Assembly: GCA_963663765.2 (NCBI GenBank)
Contig: CAXXUA010000004.1
Location: forward strand, 960,001 to 1,024,000
DNA from: Candidatus Poribacteria bacterium
GTDB taxonomy: Bacteria; Poribacteria; WGA-4E; WGA-3G
Direction of reading: 5' to 3'
Length of the DNA stretch: 64,000 bases
How positions within the stretch are numbered: position 1 is the stretch's first letter; every line of letters starts with the position of its first letter. Both the position numbers and the translations under genes were made by a program. Positions 28,878 through 41,361 of the stretch are shown here, in pieces. The notes beneath the pieces are model-generated. The model saw nothing but the letters and a program-made list of their open reading frames with translations. It was not told the origin of the DNA and searched no databases.

Positions 28878-29747
28878 ATGATTCTGAATAGGCGTTTGCG
28901 CAAGGCGAAGGGTAGCCCCGCCGCCGTGGCATGGGGTATCCTTCGCGACTTGCGTGTACAAGATTTTCCAATAGACCCTCGACGAATCGCATCTGAACTC
29001 GGAATTGCACTCTGGGAAAAAGAACTCCCTGGCACCTATGATGGATGTCTGATGCAGGTAGGCAACGCATGGGGTATCCTCATCAATGCAAGCATACGTT
29101 CAGAAGCACGGCGAAAATTTACTATCGCACACGAAATTGGACATTACCTGTTAGAGCGCAATACATCACGTCCCTGTTCGCTTGATGAACAATTAAATAC
29201 TATGCTGTCTGAGCAGGAACAGAATACAGAACAAACGCGGTCACAGAAACAGGCATACCTTTTGAGTGAACAGCGAGCAAACCGATTTGCCGTTGAACTG
29301 TTGATGCCCTCCCCCATCTTTATGGCTGACGCATCCGCACTAACACAAGTCGGCTTACCAGCAATTTCATCGCTTGCTACACAATACGACACCTCTTTGA
29401 CAAGCACCGGTATCCACTACACAAGGTTGTCCGAACATGTATGTGCCATCGTGTTTTCTGAAGGAGGAATCATCCGCTATTTCGCATATTCTGATGGATT
29501 CCGAGAGAATAAGCATTGCTTTCTGGTAAACGGACAACCCCTACATCCGAATGCATTAGCAACCCAGTTTACCAATACCACACGCATTGGTGAGTTAATA
29601 GATGAAGTACCGCTACATTATTGGTGCAAACCAAACGAAAATCAAACCAATGTAGACAATCCAGAGGACACAGACAACACCATTATTGAACATTCAAGAC
29701 GAACTTCCCGCACAAAACAGGTCATCACCTTCCTCCACCTACCCTGA
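28878..29747 (+). CDS. ImmA/IrrE-family metallopeptidase (DUF955)
   Basis: RRKFTIAHEIGHY; EQRANRFAVELLMP; YDTSLTS; C-terminal GAF-like region. Confidence 0.88.
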   Translation: MILNRRLRKAKGSPAAVAWGILRDLRVQDFPIDPRRIASELGIALWEKELPGTYDGCLMQVGNAWGILINASIRSEARRKFTIAHEIGHYLLERNTSRPCSLDEQLNTMLSEQEQNTEQTRSQKQAYLLSEQRANRFAVELLMPSPIFMADASALTQVGLPAISSLATQYDTSLTSTGIHYTRLSEHVCAIVFSEGGIIRYFAYSDGFRENKHCFLVNGQPLHPNALATQFTNTTRIGELIDEVPLHYWCKPNENQTNVDNPEDTDNTIIEHSRRTSRTKQVITFLHLP

Positions 29748-29955
29748 TATATAGTAGACTTGAGGATTGATTGGACAATATGTTTGGTTGGGTTAGGAAA
29801 CCGAACCAAACATATTGCCTAAGTAATTATGGATTTCACTATAAAACCTATTGCATTAGACCCAAAATACCTATTCTCTTAACACCGTATTCTGAAGCGA
29901 GATATTCCGATTTTTTCCCGATAAAATCTATGTGGTTTTCTCTTTAGTAATATCA

Positions 29956-32097
<2,142 letters not shown>

Positions 32098-32308
32098 TTA
32101 TGATCTAGTTGCGTGTATTGCATCGGAAACGTCCGCAGTGTTGAAGTAACTGAGACATGCGAATCTATATGATGCATAGGTGAAACGTTTTGATATTTAC
32201 ACGAAAGTGTTGACCAATAAAGAATGGTGAGTGTCAACAATGAGTATGATTATCTTATACGTTGGTTGTATATTCTCTGTTATTCCTAAACTTTGTTATG
32301 GGTCATCG

Positions 32309-33112
32309 TTATAGGACATCCTGATCTAGTTTCACTTCAACATCCTTATCACCTTCAGACATCTTCAATGTATATACTTCCATTAAGAACTTGTCATAGT
32401 TGATTGAAGCGACACCTTCCATCTTATCTGCGATGGGTTTAGCGATGGTTCTTGCAAGTTGCAATCGTCGATTAGCAGTAAGTCCATCCCTGCGGTGAAA
32501 GTATTCACGTATCATAGTCCATTCGCGTTCTGTCACCAGAATCAGTTTGATCCAGGATGAGTATAGCATCTCTTCCGTTGAAATTCCAATTGGTTTGTTA
32601 GTATGATTTACACTTACACGGTTTGTTCTCAGGTAGGTTCGATTTGTTTTTACAACAAGTGTTCCTGCAGCCAAATCTCCTAAACGTTGCCAATTGGGAT
32701 TCAACAACATCACTAACAATCCTGCCCCATAGAATAAGGGTAGAAAATCAACAATGCGCATAAGATTTCGGATTGCAGAGTCAGCGAAACTGATAGGATA
32801 CCCACCCTCCTTTATAACACGTAGTCCGAGGGCAAGTTTCCCTGGTGATCGTCCATTTGTTATAACCTCAAACACCATAAAGTACCCCCAGAATATAGCA
32901 AAGACAATAATCCCACCGATTGCACCTAACCAATTACCGAAAATAAACCCAAGTTCTCTGATAAAGTTGGAATTCACGTAAGTGCCGATGAATACTATGA
33001 AACAGAGTAATAGTGTATCAAGAATTGCAGCATAAAAACGGGAACCGATACCTGCTTTCTGATAATTAATGTTGATCTGTTCTGGAGTTTCTACTGACAA
33101 CTGGTCATACAT
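32309..33112 (-). CDS. RDD family membrane protein
   Basis: ETPEQI; AGIGSRFYAAILD; GRSPGKLALGLRVI; QRLGDLAAGTLVV. Confidence 0.92.
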   Translation of the reverse strand: MYDQLSVETPEQININYQKAGIGSRFYAAILDTLLLCFIVFIGTYVNSNFIRELGFIFGNWLGAIGGIIVFAIFWGYFMVFEVITNGRSPGKLALGLRVIKEGGYPISFADSAIRNLMRIVDFLPLFYGAGLLVMLLNPNWQRLGDLAAGTLVVKTNRTYLRTNRVSVNHTNKPIGISTEEMLYSSWIKLILVTEREWTMIREYFHRRDGLTANRRLQLARTIAKPIADKMEGVASINYDKFLMEVYTLKMSEGDKDVEVKLDQDVL

Positions 33113-33379
33113 TGTATAAAAATACTCTTCTTGTTTTAATCATGTGTGTATCATGATACCACATCTGAATATAGATTACATAGAAGAATTTAGGTAGAAC
33201 AAAAGTTGGAACGCTTCAGTATGTACTCTGTTTCTAAGGATCATTCGTACTTGACACTGCAAAACCTATGTGTTAACCTATACAAATGCAGTACTAACGA
33301 GTTAGGAGAATTAAAAAGTCTGAATTTATCCATTGTGTGCTTCGTTGCTATTGTTGCACTATAGCCTTGATAATATGAT

Positions 33380-34342
33380 ATGTCTTACGATTTTATTGAA
33401 AAAAAAAGACAGAATTGGAATGAATTAGAGGAATTGCTGAAGAAGAACCGTAGAGCAGATGCAAAAGATCTCAATCGTCTGGGATATTTGTATCATCGTA
33501 TTACCTCTGATTTAGCCATCGCGCGTCGTGATTTTCCACAAGCCCCATGTGTCAGATACCTGAATGAGTTGGCATCTAATGCGCACTCCAAGATATATTC
33601 AGCCTCGCCTCTGAAACGTGGTACATTCTTAGAGTTTCTTCGTTTCGGTTTTCCTTCTGTATTCCGCGAGAATTTATATTTTATCGGTGCGGCGTTTGTA
33701 ATATTTGTCCTTGCGTTCGCGGGTGCTTACATAAGCGCATTGAGAACACCAATATTTGCTGAAAGTCTTGTACCTGATAGTGTCGTATCTCATATCAAAG
33801 AGTTGGGGACAAGCGGTTGGAATACGACATCTGCAGAAGGCAGAAATCTCTTTGCTTCCTTTGTGATGACCAACAATATACGGGTTGCATTCCTTGCCTT
33901 TTCATGGGGTATCATGTTTATGGTCGGGAGTATCTATATTTTAGTGTACAACGGTCTATTAATTGGAGCTATTGCGGGGTTGTGTCATGTAAATGGTGTT
34001 GCATTGCAACTGTGGTCATTTGTGTCACCTCATGGTTACATAGAATTGACGACAATTTTTATTGCTGCCGGCGCGGGTATAAAATTAGGGTATTCGCTCA
34101 TTGCACCATCAACGTTGACTCGGAAACAGACCTTAGTAAATGCAGCAAAAACAGCGATTAAATTACTCGGTGGGTGTGTTGTCCTGCTTGTCATCGCAGG
34201 AATCATTGAAGGATTTGTATCACCCTCTACGTTATCAAATACAGTCAAAATAGGTTTTGGTACGTTGACTGGTGTTTTGCTGTTTACCTACCTTTTTGGA
34301 ATGAAATCTCATCAAGAATATCCTATAAGCATATCCAAATAA
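33380..34342 (+). CDS. Stage II sporulation protein M (DUF95) family membrane protein
   Basis: SDLAIARR; YLNELA; TNNIRVAFLAF; PHGYIEL; IAGIIEGFVSP. Confidence 0.9.
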   Translation: MSYDFIEKKRQNWNELEELLKKNRRADAKDLNRLGYLYHRITSDLAIARRDFPQAPCVRYLNELASNAHSKIYSASPLKRGTFLEFLRFGFPSVFRENLYFIGAAFVIFVLAFAGAYISALRTPIFAESLVPDSVVSHIKELGTSGWNTTSAEGRNLFASFVMTNNIRVAFLAFSWGIMFMVGSIYILVYNGLLIGAIAGLCHVNGVALQLWSFVSPHGYIELTTIFIAAGAGIKLGYSLIAPSTLTRKQTLVNAAKTAIKLLGGCVVLLVIAGIIEGFVSPSTLSNTVKIGFGTLTGVLLFTYLFGMKSHQEYPISISK

Positions 34343-34405
34343 TCACTTATATTTCATCACCAGAAATAGCACTTCCCGTAAAGAGTTCTCGGACTTCCGG
34401 AACTG

Positions 34406-35761
34406 TTATATTTTTGATTTTGCCTTCAGTTCTAAATACTTATTTACAACAGACATAGTCAGTTGATGAGCTGGTACATCAATTGTTATAACCCCTCGGC
34501 GACGCAGGATTTCTAAATTAGTGTGTTTATCATGTAACATTCGTTCTGCAATTGCTTTCTGATAGACAGTCTTAGAATTTGAGACAGTCTGTTTAGCCAA
34601 TTCAATGATACCTGAATCTGTTAAAGTAACACAGATTACAAGGTGATGTTTTGAATATTGTGAAACATAAGTAGCAATACCTTCAGCAGAATCCTTGTCG
34701 AGTATGTCTGTGAAGAGAATGACGAGTGCACGTTTTCGTTGTTTTGAGGAAAGAAAAGAGAACGCAGCTTCAAAGTCAGGTTCTATAGGATGAACCGGTA
34801 AAGCGAATATTGTTTCTAACATCGTAAGAAACTGCTTTTTTCCCGGTTTTGGGGATAGGTATTGATGAACAGTATCAGCAAATGCGATCATCCCAACCTT
34901 ATCACCTTTCAACATTGAAACATAAGCTGCCATAAGTGTTGCATTTATAGCGTAATCTAATTTTTGCATTGCTTTTTGAGATTCAGAGTCTGTGTCTGTT
35001 GTATATGATGTATCTAATAGAATTGGAGATGCCATTAGTCGTCCAGTATCTAACATTATTACAATATCTTGACTTCGTTCAGTTTCAAATTCTCTGACGA
35101 TCGGTTTTTGGTGTCGTGCAGTTGCTTTCCAATCAATGCGCCGAAAGTCGTCATCAGGTAGATATTCCCGCAGTCTTTCTATTTCTGTACCTTCACCAAA
35201 TAATCGTGAATTCTTAAGACCTAATCGGTGCAGCATACCTCGTTTCACTAACAGCTCATACTGACGAACTGCCTGTAGGTTCGGATATACCTTTATCTCT
35301 GTTTGAGCGGGAAATGTATAATGTCTAATAACCAAACCTAAGACACCCCAACAGCGAACATGGATATCTCCAAATTGATAAATACCGCGCCGCAATGGTG
35401 TTAGGTGGTAAGATAACTCAGCATCCTGTGAACGTGAAACCAGTATATCATGTATGACATCATCATATAAGAACTCAGAAGGATAATCGTCCTTCAGACG
35501 CAATTTTAAAAGATGATGTGTAGGGTTGTTTATACGCAATGTAACCACATTTTTTACTCCCAAGGAAAATTTATTGTTCATTAATCGGTAGACTTGAACA
35601 TTTTTCAGGAGAGGATTTGTAGCATAATCAATAATACCGACAACAAGCAGTAATAGCAGATAAGCACCACTAACATATAACAGACTCGGTAAGACGGTGT
35701 ATAGCGCAATTGTAATAGAAACAGGTAACAGAAAAAAAAGGAACCGTTTGCTGATATGCAT
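34406..35761 (-). CDS. DUF58 (vWA-like) protein
   Basis: GTEIERLREYLPDDDFRRIDWKATAR; LDTGRLM; LVILFTD. Confidence 0.92.
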   Translation of the reverse strand: MHISKRFLFFLLPVSITIALYTVLPSLLYVSGAYLLLLLVVGIIDYATNPLLKNVQVYRLMNNKFSLGVKNVVTLRINNPTHHLLKLRLKDDYPSEFLYDDVIHDILVSRSQDAELSYHLTPLRRGIYQFGDIHVRCWGVLGLVIRHYTFPAQTEIKVYPNLQAVRQYELLVKRGMLHRLGLKNSRLFGEGTEIERLREYLPDDDFRRIDWKATARHQKPIVREFETERSQDIVIMLDTGRLMASPILLDTSYTTDTDSESQKAMQKLDYAINATLMAAYVSMLKGDKVGMIAFADTVHQYLSPKPGKKQFLTMLETIFALPVHPIEPDFEAAFSFLSSKQRKRALVILFTDILDKDSAEGIATYVSQYSKHHLVICVTLTDSGIIELAKQTVSNSKTVYQKAIAERMLHDKHTNLEILRRRGVITIDVPAHQLTMSVVNKYLELKAKSKI

Positions 35762-35768
35762 CTTAGTT

Positions 35769-36722
35769 TTATCGTGGAATTTCGACTTCTGTGAGTAGTC
35801 TGTCGATCACCCCATCTGATGTCAACCCTTCAATTTCTGCTTCAGGTTTTAGTAATATACGATGACGATAAACATGGGGTGCTAAGTATTTCACATCATC
35901 AGGTATGATATAGTCGCGTCCTTGAATTGCAGCATAGGTTTTGCTAGCTAACAATAGTGTAATTGATGCACGTGGACTTCCACCTAATACCAATTCATGA
36001 GAATTGCGAGATGCTTCTGCTAATCCGACAATATAGTTGAGAATTGACGGTTCTACCGTGATTGAACGTATGACTTCTTGACATTCCATAAGGGATTCAC
36101 TGTTAACAACACTTTCAATACCAGCTTCATCTAAACGGTTTGCATTAAAGCCTTGGTGGTAATTCATCAATATTTGCGTCTCTACATCTGGACCGGGATA
36201 GTCTACAAGAAGTTTGAACATGAACCTATCCAATTGTGCTTCTGGTAGTGGATATGTTCCCTCATATTCAATTGGATTCTGCGTAGCTAACACAATGAAG
36301 GGTAATGAGAGTTGATGTCTTATCCCATCAATACTAACTTGCTGTTCTTCCATACATTCAAGGAGCGCAGACTGTGTTTTGGCTGGTGAACGGTTGATTT
36401 CATCTGCAAGGAGTACATTCGTGAAAACGGGACCGTGCTTTAAGTTGAACTGATTTGTTGCCAAGTCATAAACGCTTGTTCCCACAATATCGGACGGCAT
36501 AAGGTCTGGTGTGAACTGAACACGACTAAACTTGCCAGAAACAATCATTGCTAATGTCTTAGCGATTAATGTTTTGGCTGTTCCTGGTACACCTTCTAAT
36601 AACACATGTCCACCTGAAAACAGGCTGACGACAACGAGTTCAAAAATTTCTGTTTGACCAACGATCACTTTATGTGACTCTTGTTTTATTTTTTCAAATA
36701 CTGTTTGTACTAAATTTTCCAT
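35769..36722 (-). CDS. moxR: MoxR-family AAA+ ATPase
   Basis: GHVLLEGVPGTAKT; RVQFTPDLMPSD; DEINRSPAKTQSALLE; TQNPIEYEGTYPLPEAQLDRF. Confidence 0.95.
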   Translation of the reverse strand: MENLVQTVFEKIKQESHKVIVGQTEIFELVVVSLFSGGHVLLEGVPGTAKTLIAKTLAMIVSGKFSRVQFTPDLMPSDIVGTSVYDLATNQFNLKHGPVFTNVLLADEINRSPAKTQSALLECMEEQQVSIDGIRHQLSLPFIVLATQNPIEYEGTYPLPEAQLDRFMFKLLVDYPGPDVETQILMNYHQGFNANRLDEAGIESVVNSESLMECQEVIRSITVEPSILNYIVGLAEASRNSHELVLGGSPRASITLLLASKTYAAIQGRDYIIPDDVKYLAPHVYRHRILLKPEAEIEGLTSDGVIDRLLTEVEIPR

Positions 36723-36820
36723 AATCTCTATATGACCTACAAACTTGGGTACGGGTATACGTTCTGTTTGTTAAATGGATGATTAATCTATATTGATATT
36801 AGAAGGCAAACGGTTATTTT

Positions 36821-37933
36821 TCAACGCATTTTAGCATCTGCACGATATGTCTCAACCCGTTTTGCAATTTCAATTAGTTGCGTTTCAGATATATCCCCGA
36901 TTGAATCCAAGTCTTTTATAAGGTTTGTAAGTTGTGAATCTTCATCAATGAAACCTCGTAACACCAATTGTTCCATAAACGCTGACGTATCCAAATTTGG
37001 GTTGACACGCCATCGGCTGGCTATATCTGTTTTGAATTTTTCTCGTATGTGTTGCAAAATGTCTTTGCGTGTGTTTCCTTTCTGATATAAAGCAGTCATT
37101 GCATGGACATATTCTGTGCTGAAACGTCGGTGATTTGCTTTGATATTTAATGGTTCTCCGAATCTTCTTCCTCTAAGTGTCATAAAAACGAATAGGATTA
37201 GGCAGATATATACAGCAGCTAACCCCCAAGATGTTTTGAAGACGAAGTTCATAAATGCATTATTCGGATTTATACTTTTCGTATAATAGTTTGTTTCTGC
37301 CAGTCCGATGCGGGCACGGGAAGGTAATGTTGACATTAGGTTATAGAACAGCATAGCGTTTTCATCATGTCTCAATCCGTTTTTATCAAAAAGATATGCT
37401 GAGGTGCTGAAATATAAACGTCCATCCCCATCTTGAAGGGTTACCACGACAGCTTGATTTCCGACAACGTATAGGTTCGCTATATCTCGTTCATTAGTTT
37501 GAATGACAAAATATGCGCGTGGATGTATTCTGTCAACGGAGTTTGAAGGAAAAAACGGTTCATCCTCAGTTCTATTTGCGTATTCCAATCTATTTGATAA
37601 ACTCTTCAATTTTAATCCATAAACATCTGCGAATCTTTCCATCATTTTTTGATACCCACCGCTAATAATTAGTATACCACCATTTTTTACGAAGTTCTGT
37701 ATTTCTAACATTTCATCTTCGTTTGGTAGTTCAGCAAGTTCCTGAAGGAATAAAACATCATAGTTTTTCAATTGTGAAGGATATTGTTCAGAAATTAACG
37801 TCACACGAAATTTAAATTTCAGCATGATGTTATAAAGGATGCTACCTTCAACTAATGAATCACACGAATAAAGAGCGCATGATAACAACAAAACGATATA
37901 GATAGGAAAAGATAACTTGGAAATTTGCAGCAT
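36821..37933 (-). CDS. DUF4350-like protein
   Basis: FVKNGGILII GATase-like segment; TM followed by RGRRFGEP; EYVHAMTALY; MoxR operon context. Confidence 0.75.
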   Translation of the reverse strand: MLQISKLSFPIYIVLLLSCALYSCDSLVEGSILYNIMLKFKFRVTLISEQYPSQLKNYDVLFLQELAELPNEDEMLEIQNFVKNGGILIISGGYQKMMERFADVYGLKLKSLSNRLEYANRTEDEPFFPSNSVDRIHPRAYFVIQTNERDIANLYVVGNQAVVVTLQDGDGRLYFSTSAYLFDKNGLRHDENAMLFYNLMSTLPSRARIGLAETNYYTKSINPNNAFMNFVFKTSWGLAAVYICLILFVFMTLRGRRFGEPLNIKANHRRFSTEYVHAMTALYQKGNTRKDILQHIREKFKTDIASRWRVNPNLDTSAFMEQLVLRGFIDEDSQLTNLIKDLDSIGDISETQLIEIAKRVETYRADAKMR

Positions 37934-37990
37934 TGTCTTCGTTTTTAAGATTTATCGTAGATTTATCGTAGATTTACCAAAATCTATTAC

Positions 37991-38617
37991 TTAAATCTTT
38001 TGTAATAAGTCTCTATAATTTGCAATAGTATCCGCATCACATGTTTTGTGTCCGTACCAAACATCATCAAAGACAGTCACAACTGTTCCGAACGTTTGCT
38101 GAAGATTAATGTCTAAATGGGCTTGATGTAGATATTCACGGTTTGTCATGCTTTTATCATAAGGTAGGATACCGCGTTCTTGCAGGTTTAAAATCGCGGA
38201 TAGATAGAGATAACGTAAAGCATCGCGGAAGTCATTTGCATTCTCAGCAGTATCAGCGTGAGCAAGCGCTGCCTTCTCTGTAGTCACCAGTTCACCTACA
38301 ATTTCAGTTTCTTTATCGTGTACCTCACTGATTATGTTCATACGTATCTGTTTAATGAAGAAGATGAGTACGATACCAATTGCTATAACTCCCAAAGGAA
38401 ATAATATGTACTTTAACTGAAATTGAGGTAAAGGTTTTGGGTTTAGCAACTTATCTAATTCGGTTTGATACTCTTTATAGGATAGTTTTGATTCCGATTG
38501 TTCCTTTGCTAATTCATCACGAAACATTTGTACTTCTGATGCGTATACCGATAGTATAATAAGGTTCATCATAGCCATGAAAAGTAAGATTCGAATACTG
38601 ATATTTTGTATGGTCAT
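37991..38617 (-). CDS. DUF4129-domain protein
   Basis: DFRDALRYLYL; KSMTNREYL; FDDVWYG. Confidence 0.8.
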   Translation of the reverse strand: MTIQNISIRILLFMAMMNLIILSVYASEVQMFRDELAKEQSESKLSYKEYQTELDKLLNPKPLPQFQLKYILFPLGVIAIGIVLIFFIKQIRMNIISEVHDKETEIVGELVTTEKAALAHADTAENANDFRDALRYLYLSAILNLQERGILPYDKSMTNREYLHQAHLDINLQQTFGTVVTVFDDVWYGHKTCDADTIANYRDLLQKI

Positions 38618-38625
38618 GTTTCTTA

Positions 38626-39537
38626 TTAGGGATTTGGTATCTGGTCATCAGGAGTTGTAGCTTGCATTTCAAGATCATAAGCCTCTTTACGAATTCTCAT
38701 GTCAAAGTACAGAAGGGTGTAACCGATTGATAAGATGGGCATTGTTAACGCCTCAATGCTTGTAACAATAAATGACCAAAACAGATAAAGACCCCAACCG
38801 ATAACGTGCGGTGTAGGTTCAAGCATAAATACCATAGTTTCAAGGGTAGTAGCAGTAGCAAAGAAGTCGCCGGTTCCTGGAATCAAAAAGAATATAATAG
38901 CAACTGAAATTATCAGAATAATGTATATTATAAAATAGATCAGAAAAATGGCGAGAGTTATACCAAAAACACGCCACCAACTTCCCTTGACTAATTCTGA
39001 ACTGCGACGTAATGAATTCATTGACGACGATTCCTCTGACAGAATTGGCAGCGAATACAAGCACCAGCGAACTAAAAAATAGAACCCAAACGGGATACCT
39101 ATGATTGTAATTGACAAACCGCCGCAAACCAACACATATATAAAGAATGCTCCGAACAGGATTAAATAACGACGCAACGATTGTTGAACAGCTGATGTTG
39201 CATTTATATTCTTACCCAAAAACACATGTGCAGTCGCATACAATAAAGCACCTGTGATAAAAAGACCTAACAACGATATAAATATCATATTCATGATTTC
39301 CAGATTTCGTTGTGAAACCAGCGCTCCGCTTACTATACTCACGGAGACCCAATTTCTTATAATATCAAACCCATACGATATGACAAAATAAACGGTAGCG
39401 ATCATAAAATAAAGACGGAAGTGTTTACGATAGAGTGTAAACATTCCATCTAATATTTCTGTGAAATTCAAGGGCTGCAATGGAGGTAAGGTTTCTTGAA
39501 TATCTGTTTCTGGAACTATACTATTTTGTGTTTGCAT
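38626..39537 (-). CDS. Membrane protein (GDPD membrane-anchor-like) of MoxR clusters
   Basis: PLNFTEILDGMFTLYRKHF; SLRRSSELVKGSWWRVFG; LLYFDMRIRKEAYDL. Confidence 0.75.
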   Translation of the reverse strand: MQTQNSIVPETDIQETLPPLQPLNFTEILDGMFTLYRKHFRLYFMIATVYFVISYGFDIIRNWVSVSIVSGALVSQRNLEIMNMIFISLLGLFITGALLYATAHVFLGKNINATSAVQQSLRRYLILFGAFFIYVLVCGGLSITIIGIPFGFYFLVRWCLYSLPILSEESSSMNSLRRSSELVKGSWWRVFGITLAIFLIYFIIYIILIISVAIIFFLIPGTGDFFATATTLETMVFMLEPTPHVIGWGLYLFWSFIVTSIEALTMPILSIGYTLLYFDMRIRKEAYDLEMQATTPDDQIPNP

Positions 39538-39622
39538 GTTTTCCTGATCTATGTAACAGATTTGTATGTATCTTTAGTTTATCTAATTTCGTGTTTTATT
39601 GCAAGGTATTGTAGGGCAGGGG

Positions 39623-40937
39623 CAGGGTTATTTAGTTTTAAAAACTCTCAGTTATCAAGTTAACTGCGAGTTTAGGTTTTGAAGCTAAGTATTTTATCTC
39701 ATCTGCTATACGCGTTATCCCAGCAAATCGCAACACTGCTAATGCTGTATTTCGCAAAGCAGCCATGATTTGTGGAATAGCACCGCATCGGACAGACGAT
39801 GCGTCTTCTCCAAGTTGTGTATCACGCATCCAATGCGACTTGTTCTCTATTGACCAATGCCCACGGCGTAGCTCAAGTAAACGTTGGGCAGAAGTTTCTT
39901 CGGGTGTCAGACTTGTAATACCATAATGGATTTTGGTTTTTTCTTCTCCTGTTTTCGTGTTTTTGTAAGTATAACGATATTGGAACACTTGTGCTATACC
40001 TGGCCAATCCAGATATGCGTTGAGACTTGTGCTTGCTTTCAAACACCTTGTCTCTATTCTACCATGTGATTTTTCAGAAGTCTCGTGAGTGTAAATAGGG
40101 GCTCCCAATTTAGGATGTGGTGTGTTATCAGAAAGCGTGTCTGGAACGTCTTGAAAGAGTTTTTGGATCTCATCGTAAAGGTCCGGTTGGTTCTTTTTGA
40201 CAGGGAGCACATAGTCTCCATTACCCTCTATGATGGCGTGGCAGAATGGTCGCTGTGTCAAAAGTGCGTCTGTTGTGATGACTTTACCACTCACATCAAA
40301 GTTTTTGAGGATCTCTGTTGAGATCGGTATTTCGTTGGTTTTATCACTGACACCTTTTTGTGTCAGTGTGACGCCTAACTCATGAGACACAACAGAGAGT
40401 AAATGGCTTATTGTCGCACCACTTTTCTTACTGGCACGCATCGTTTTACCGTCTATAGCGACTGCGTCAAGACAACCTTCTAAATCAGGTCGATTTTTAC
40501 AAACGTCTTCTACCCAGTCTGTAAATGTCTTTTCAACAGCATCAGCATCTAAATCTTTTAGAACATTATGTATTGTTGCGGGACAAGGTGTTTTCTTGTG
40601 TGTAAAACCGAGTGTCCTTGCGAGGTTTGGTTGGGTTCGGGCCCAAGTTGCGATGGATGTATATCCTTTATGTCCAGTCATAAAACCAATAAGGACAAGT
40701 CCGAGGATTGAGTTCAGTGGGTGTCGTTTTCCTTTATTGTTGCGCGGGTCTTGAATTTCTGCTAATCTATCTAACAAGTGTCGAGAGTTTTTCTCTGGCA
40801 TTTTTCACCTCAAAGGTAAGATTTTTTAGGTGAAGTATAGCAGATATAGCGCGATAAATCACGCTATATCTGCATATCCAAAAATATTAACGATTGTGAT
40901 AAAAAACAACCAAAACTCCTAAAACTAAATAACCCTG
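39623..40937 (-). mobile_element. ISAs1-family insertion sequence, complete
   Basis: Perfect 18-bp TIRs CAGGGTTATTTAGTTTTA (39623-39640 / 40920-40937) and a 9-bp direct repeat GGGCAGGGG on both sides. Confidence 0.93.
39638..40801 (-). CDS. ISAs1 transposase
   Basis: IQDPRNNKGKRHPL; VAIDGKTMR; KTNEIP; ITTDALLTQ; DYVLPVKKNQ; HGRIETR; RGHWSIENKSHW. Confidence 0.95.
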   Translation of the reverse strand: MPEKNSRHLLDRLAEIQDPRNNKGKRHPLNSILGLVLIGFMTGHKGYTSIATWARTQPNLARTLGFTHKKTPCPATIHNVLKDLDADAVEKTFTDWVEDVCKNRPDLEGCLDAVAIDGKTMRASKKSGATISHLLSVVSHELGVTLTQKGVSDKTNEIPISTEILKNFDVSGKVITTDALLTQRPFCHAIIEGNGDYVLPVKKNQPDLYDEIQKLFQDVPDTLSDNTPHPKLGAPIYTHETSEKSHGRIETRCLKASTSLNAYLDWPGIAQVFQYRYTYKNTKTGEEKTKIHYGITSLTPEETSAQRLLELRRGHWSIENKSHWMRDTQLGEDASSVRCGAIPQIMAALRNTALAVLRFAGITRIADEIKYLASKPKLAVNLITESF

Positions 40938-41080
40938 GGGCAGGGGTGTGTAAAGTTTTTGGCAGATGTGTTGTCAGATTCACGGATTACTCGAATAAAA
41001 CAGGAACCTTACGTATTATGTCTGAATCACAGAGGACACAGAATACGCGGAATGTGTTTTTTTTGCATCATTACCCTCTT

Positions 41081-41195
41081 GGTAGGAGCGACCTTCTGGT
41101 CGCGACCGTAAGGATACAATGAATCAAAACGGTCGCGACCAGGAGGTCGCTCCTACCAGCGCGGTGGACGGTCGCGACCAGAGGTCGCTCCTACC
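41081..41195. repeat. REP cluster GGTAGGAGCGACC(n)TGGTCGCGACC: one forward and two inverted copies
   Basis: Copies at about 41081, 41130 and 41169; the same family sits inside the 48213-48673 repeats. Confidence 0.85.
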
Positions 41196-41361
41196 GAAGA
41201 GAGAAACCCCCTGCCAGTAAACAGTAGAATTCCTTAATGAGACAAGATTTATTTGAATTGGTATTACTATGCGTCCTGCCCCAAGCACACTGCCAGAAGT
41301 GGTTACCAAATGTCACCTTATTTTCAAACGACGCGAACTGGTCGTATAAGACCTATTTCTT

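Noticed and set aside
37948-37978. AGATTTATCGT 11-bp tandem repeat as an operator or iteron
   Set aside because: Only about 2.5 copies within an operon junction; most simply a slippage duplication.
32309-39537. MoxR/DUF58/RDD/SpoIIM cluster as a novel system
   Set aside because: This is a widespread, well-known conserved gene cluster with nothing atypical seen.
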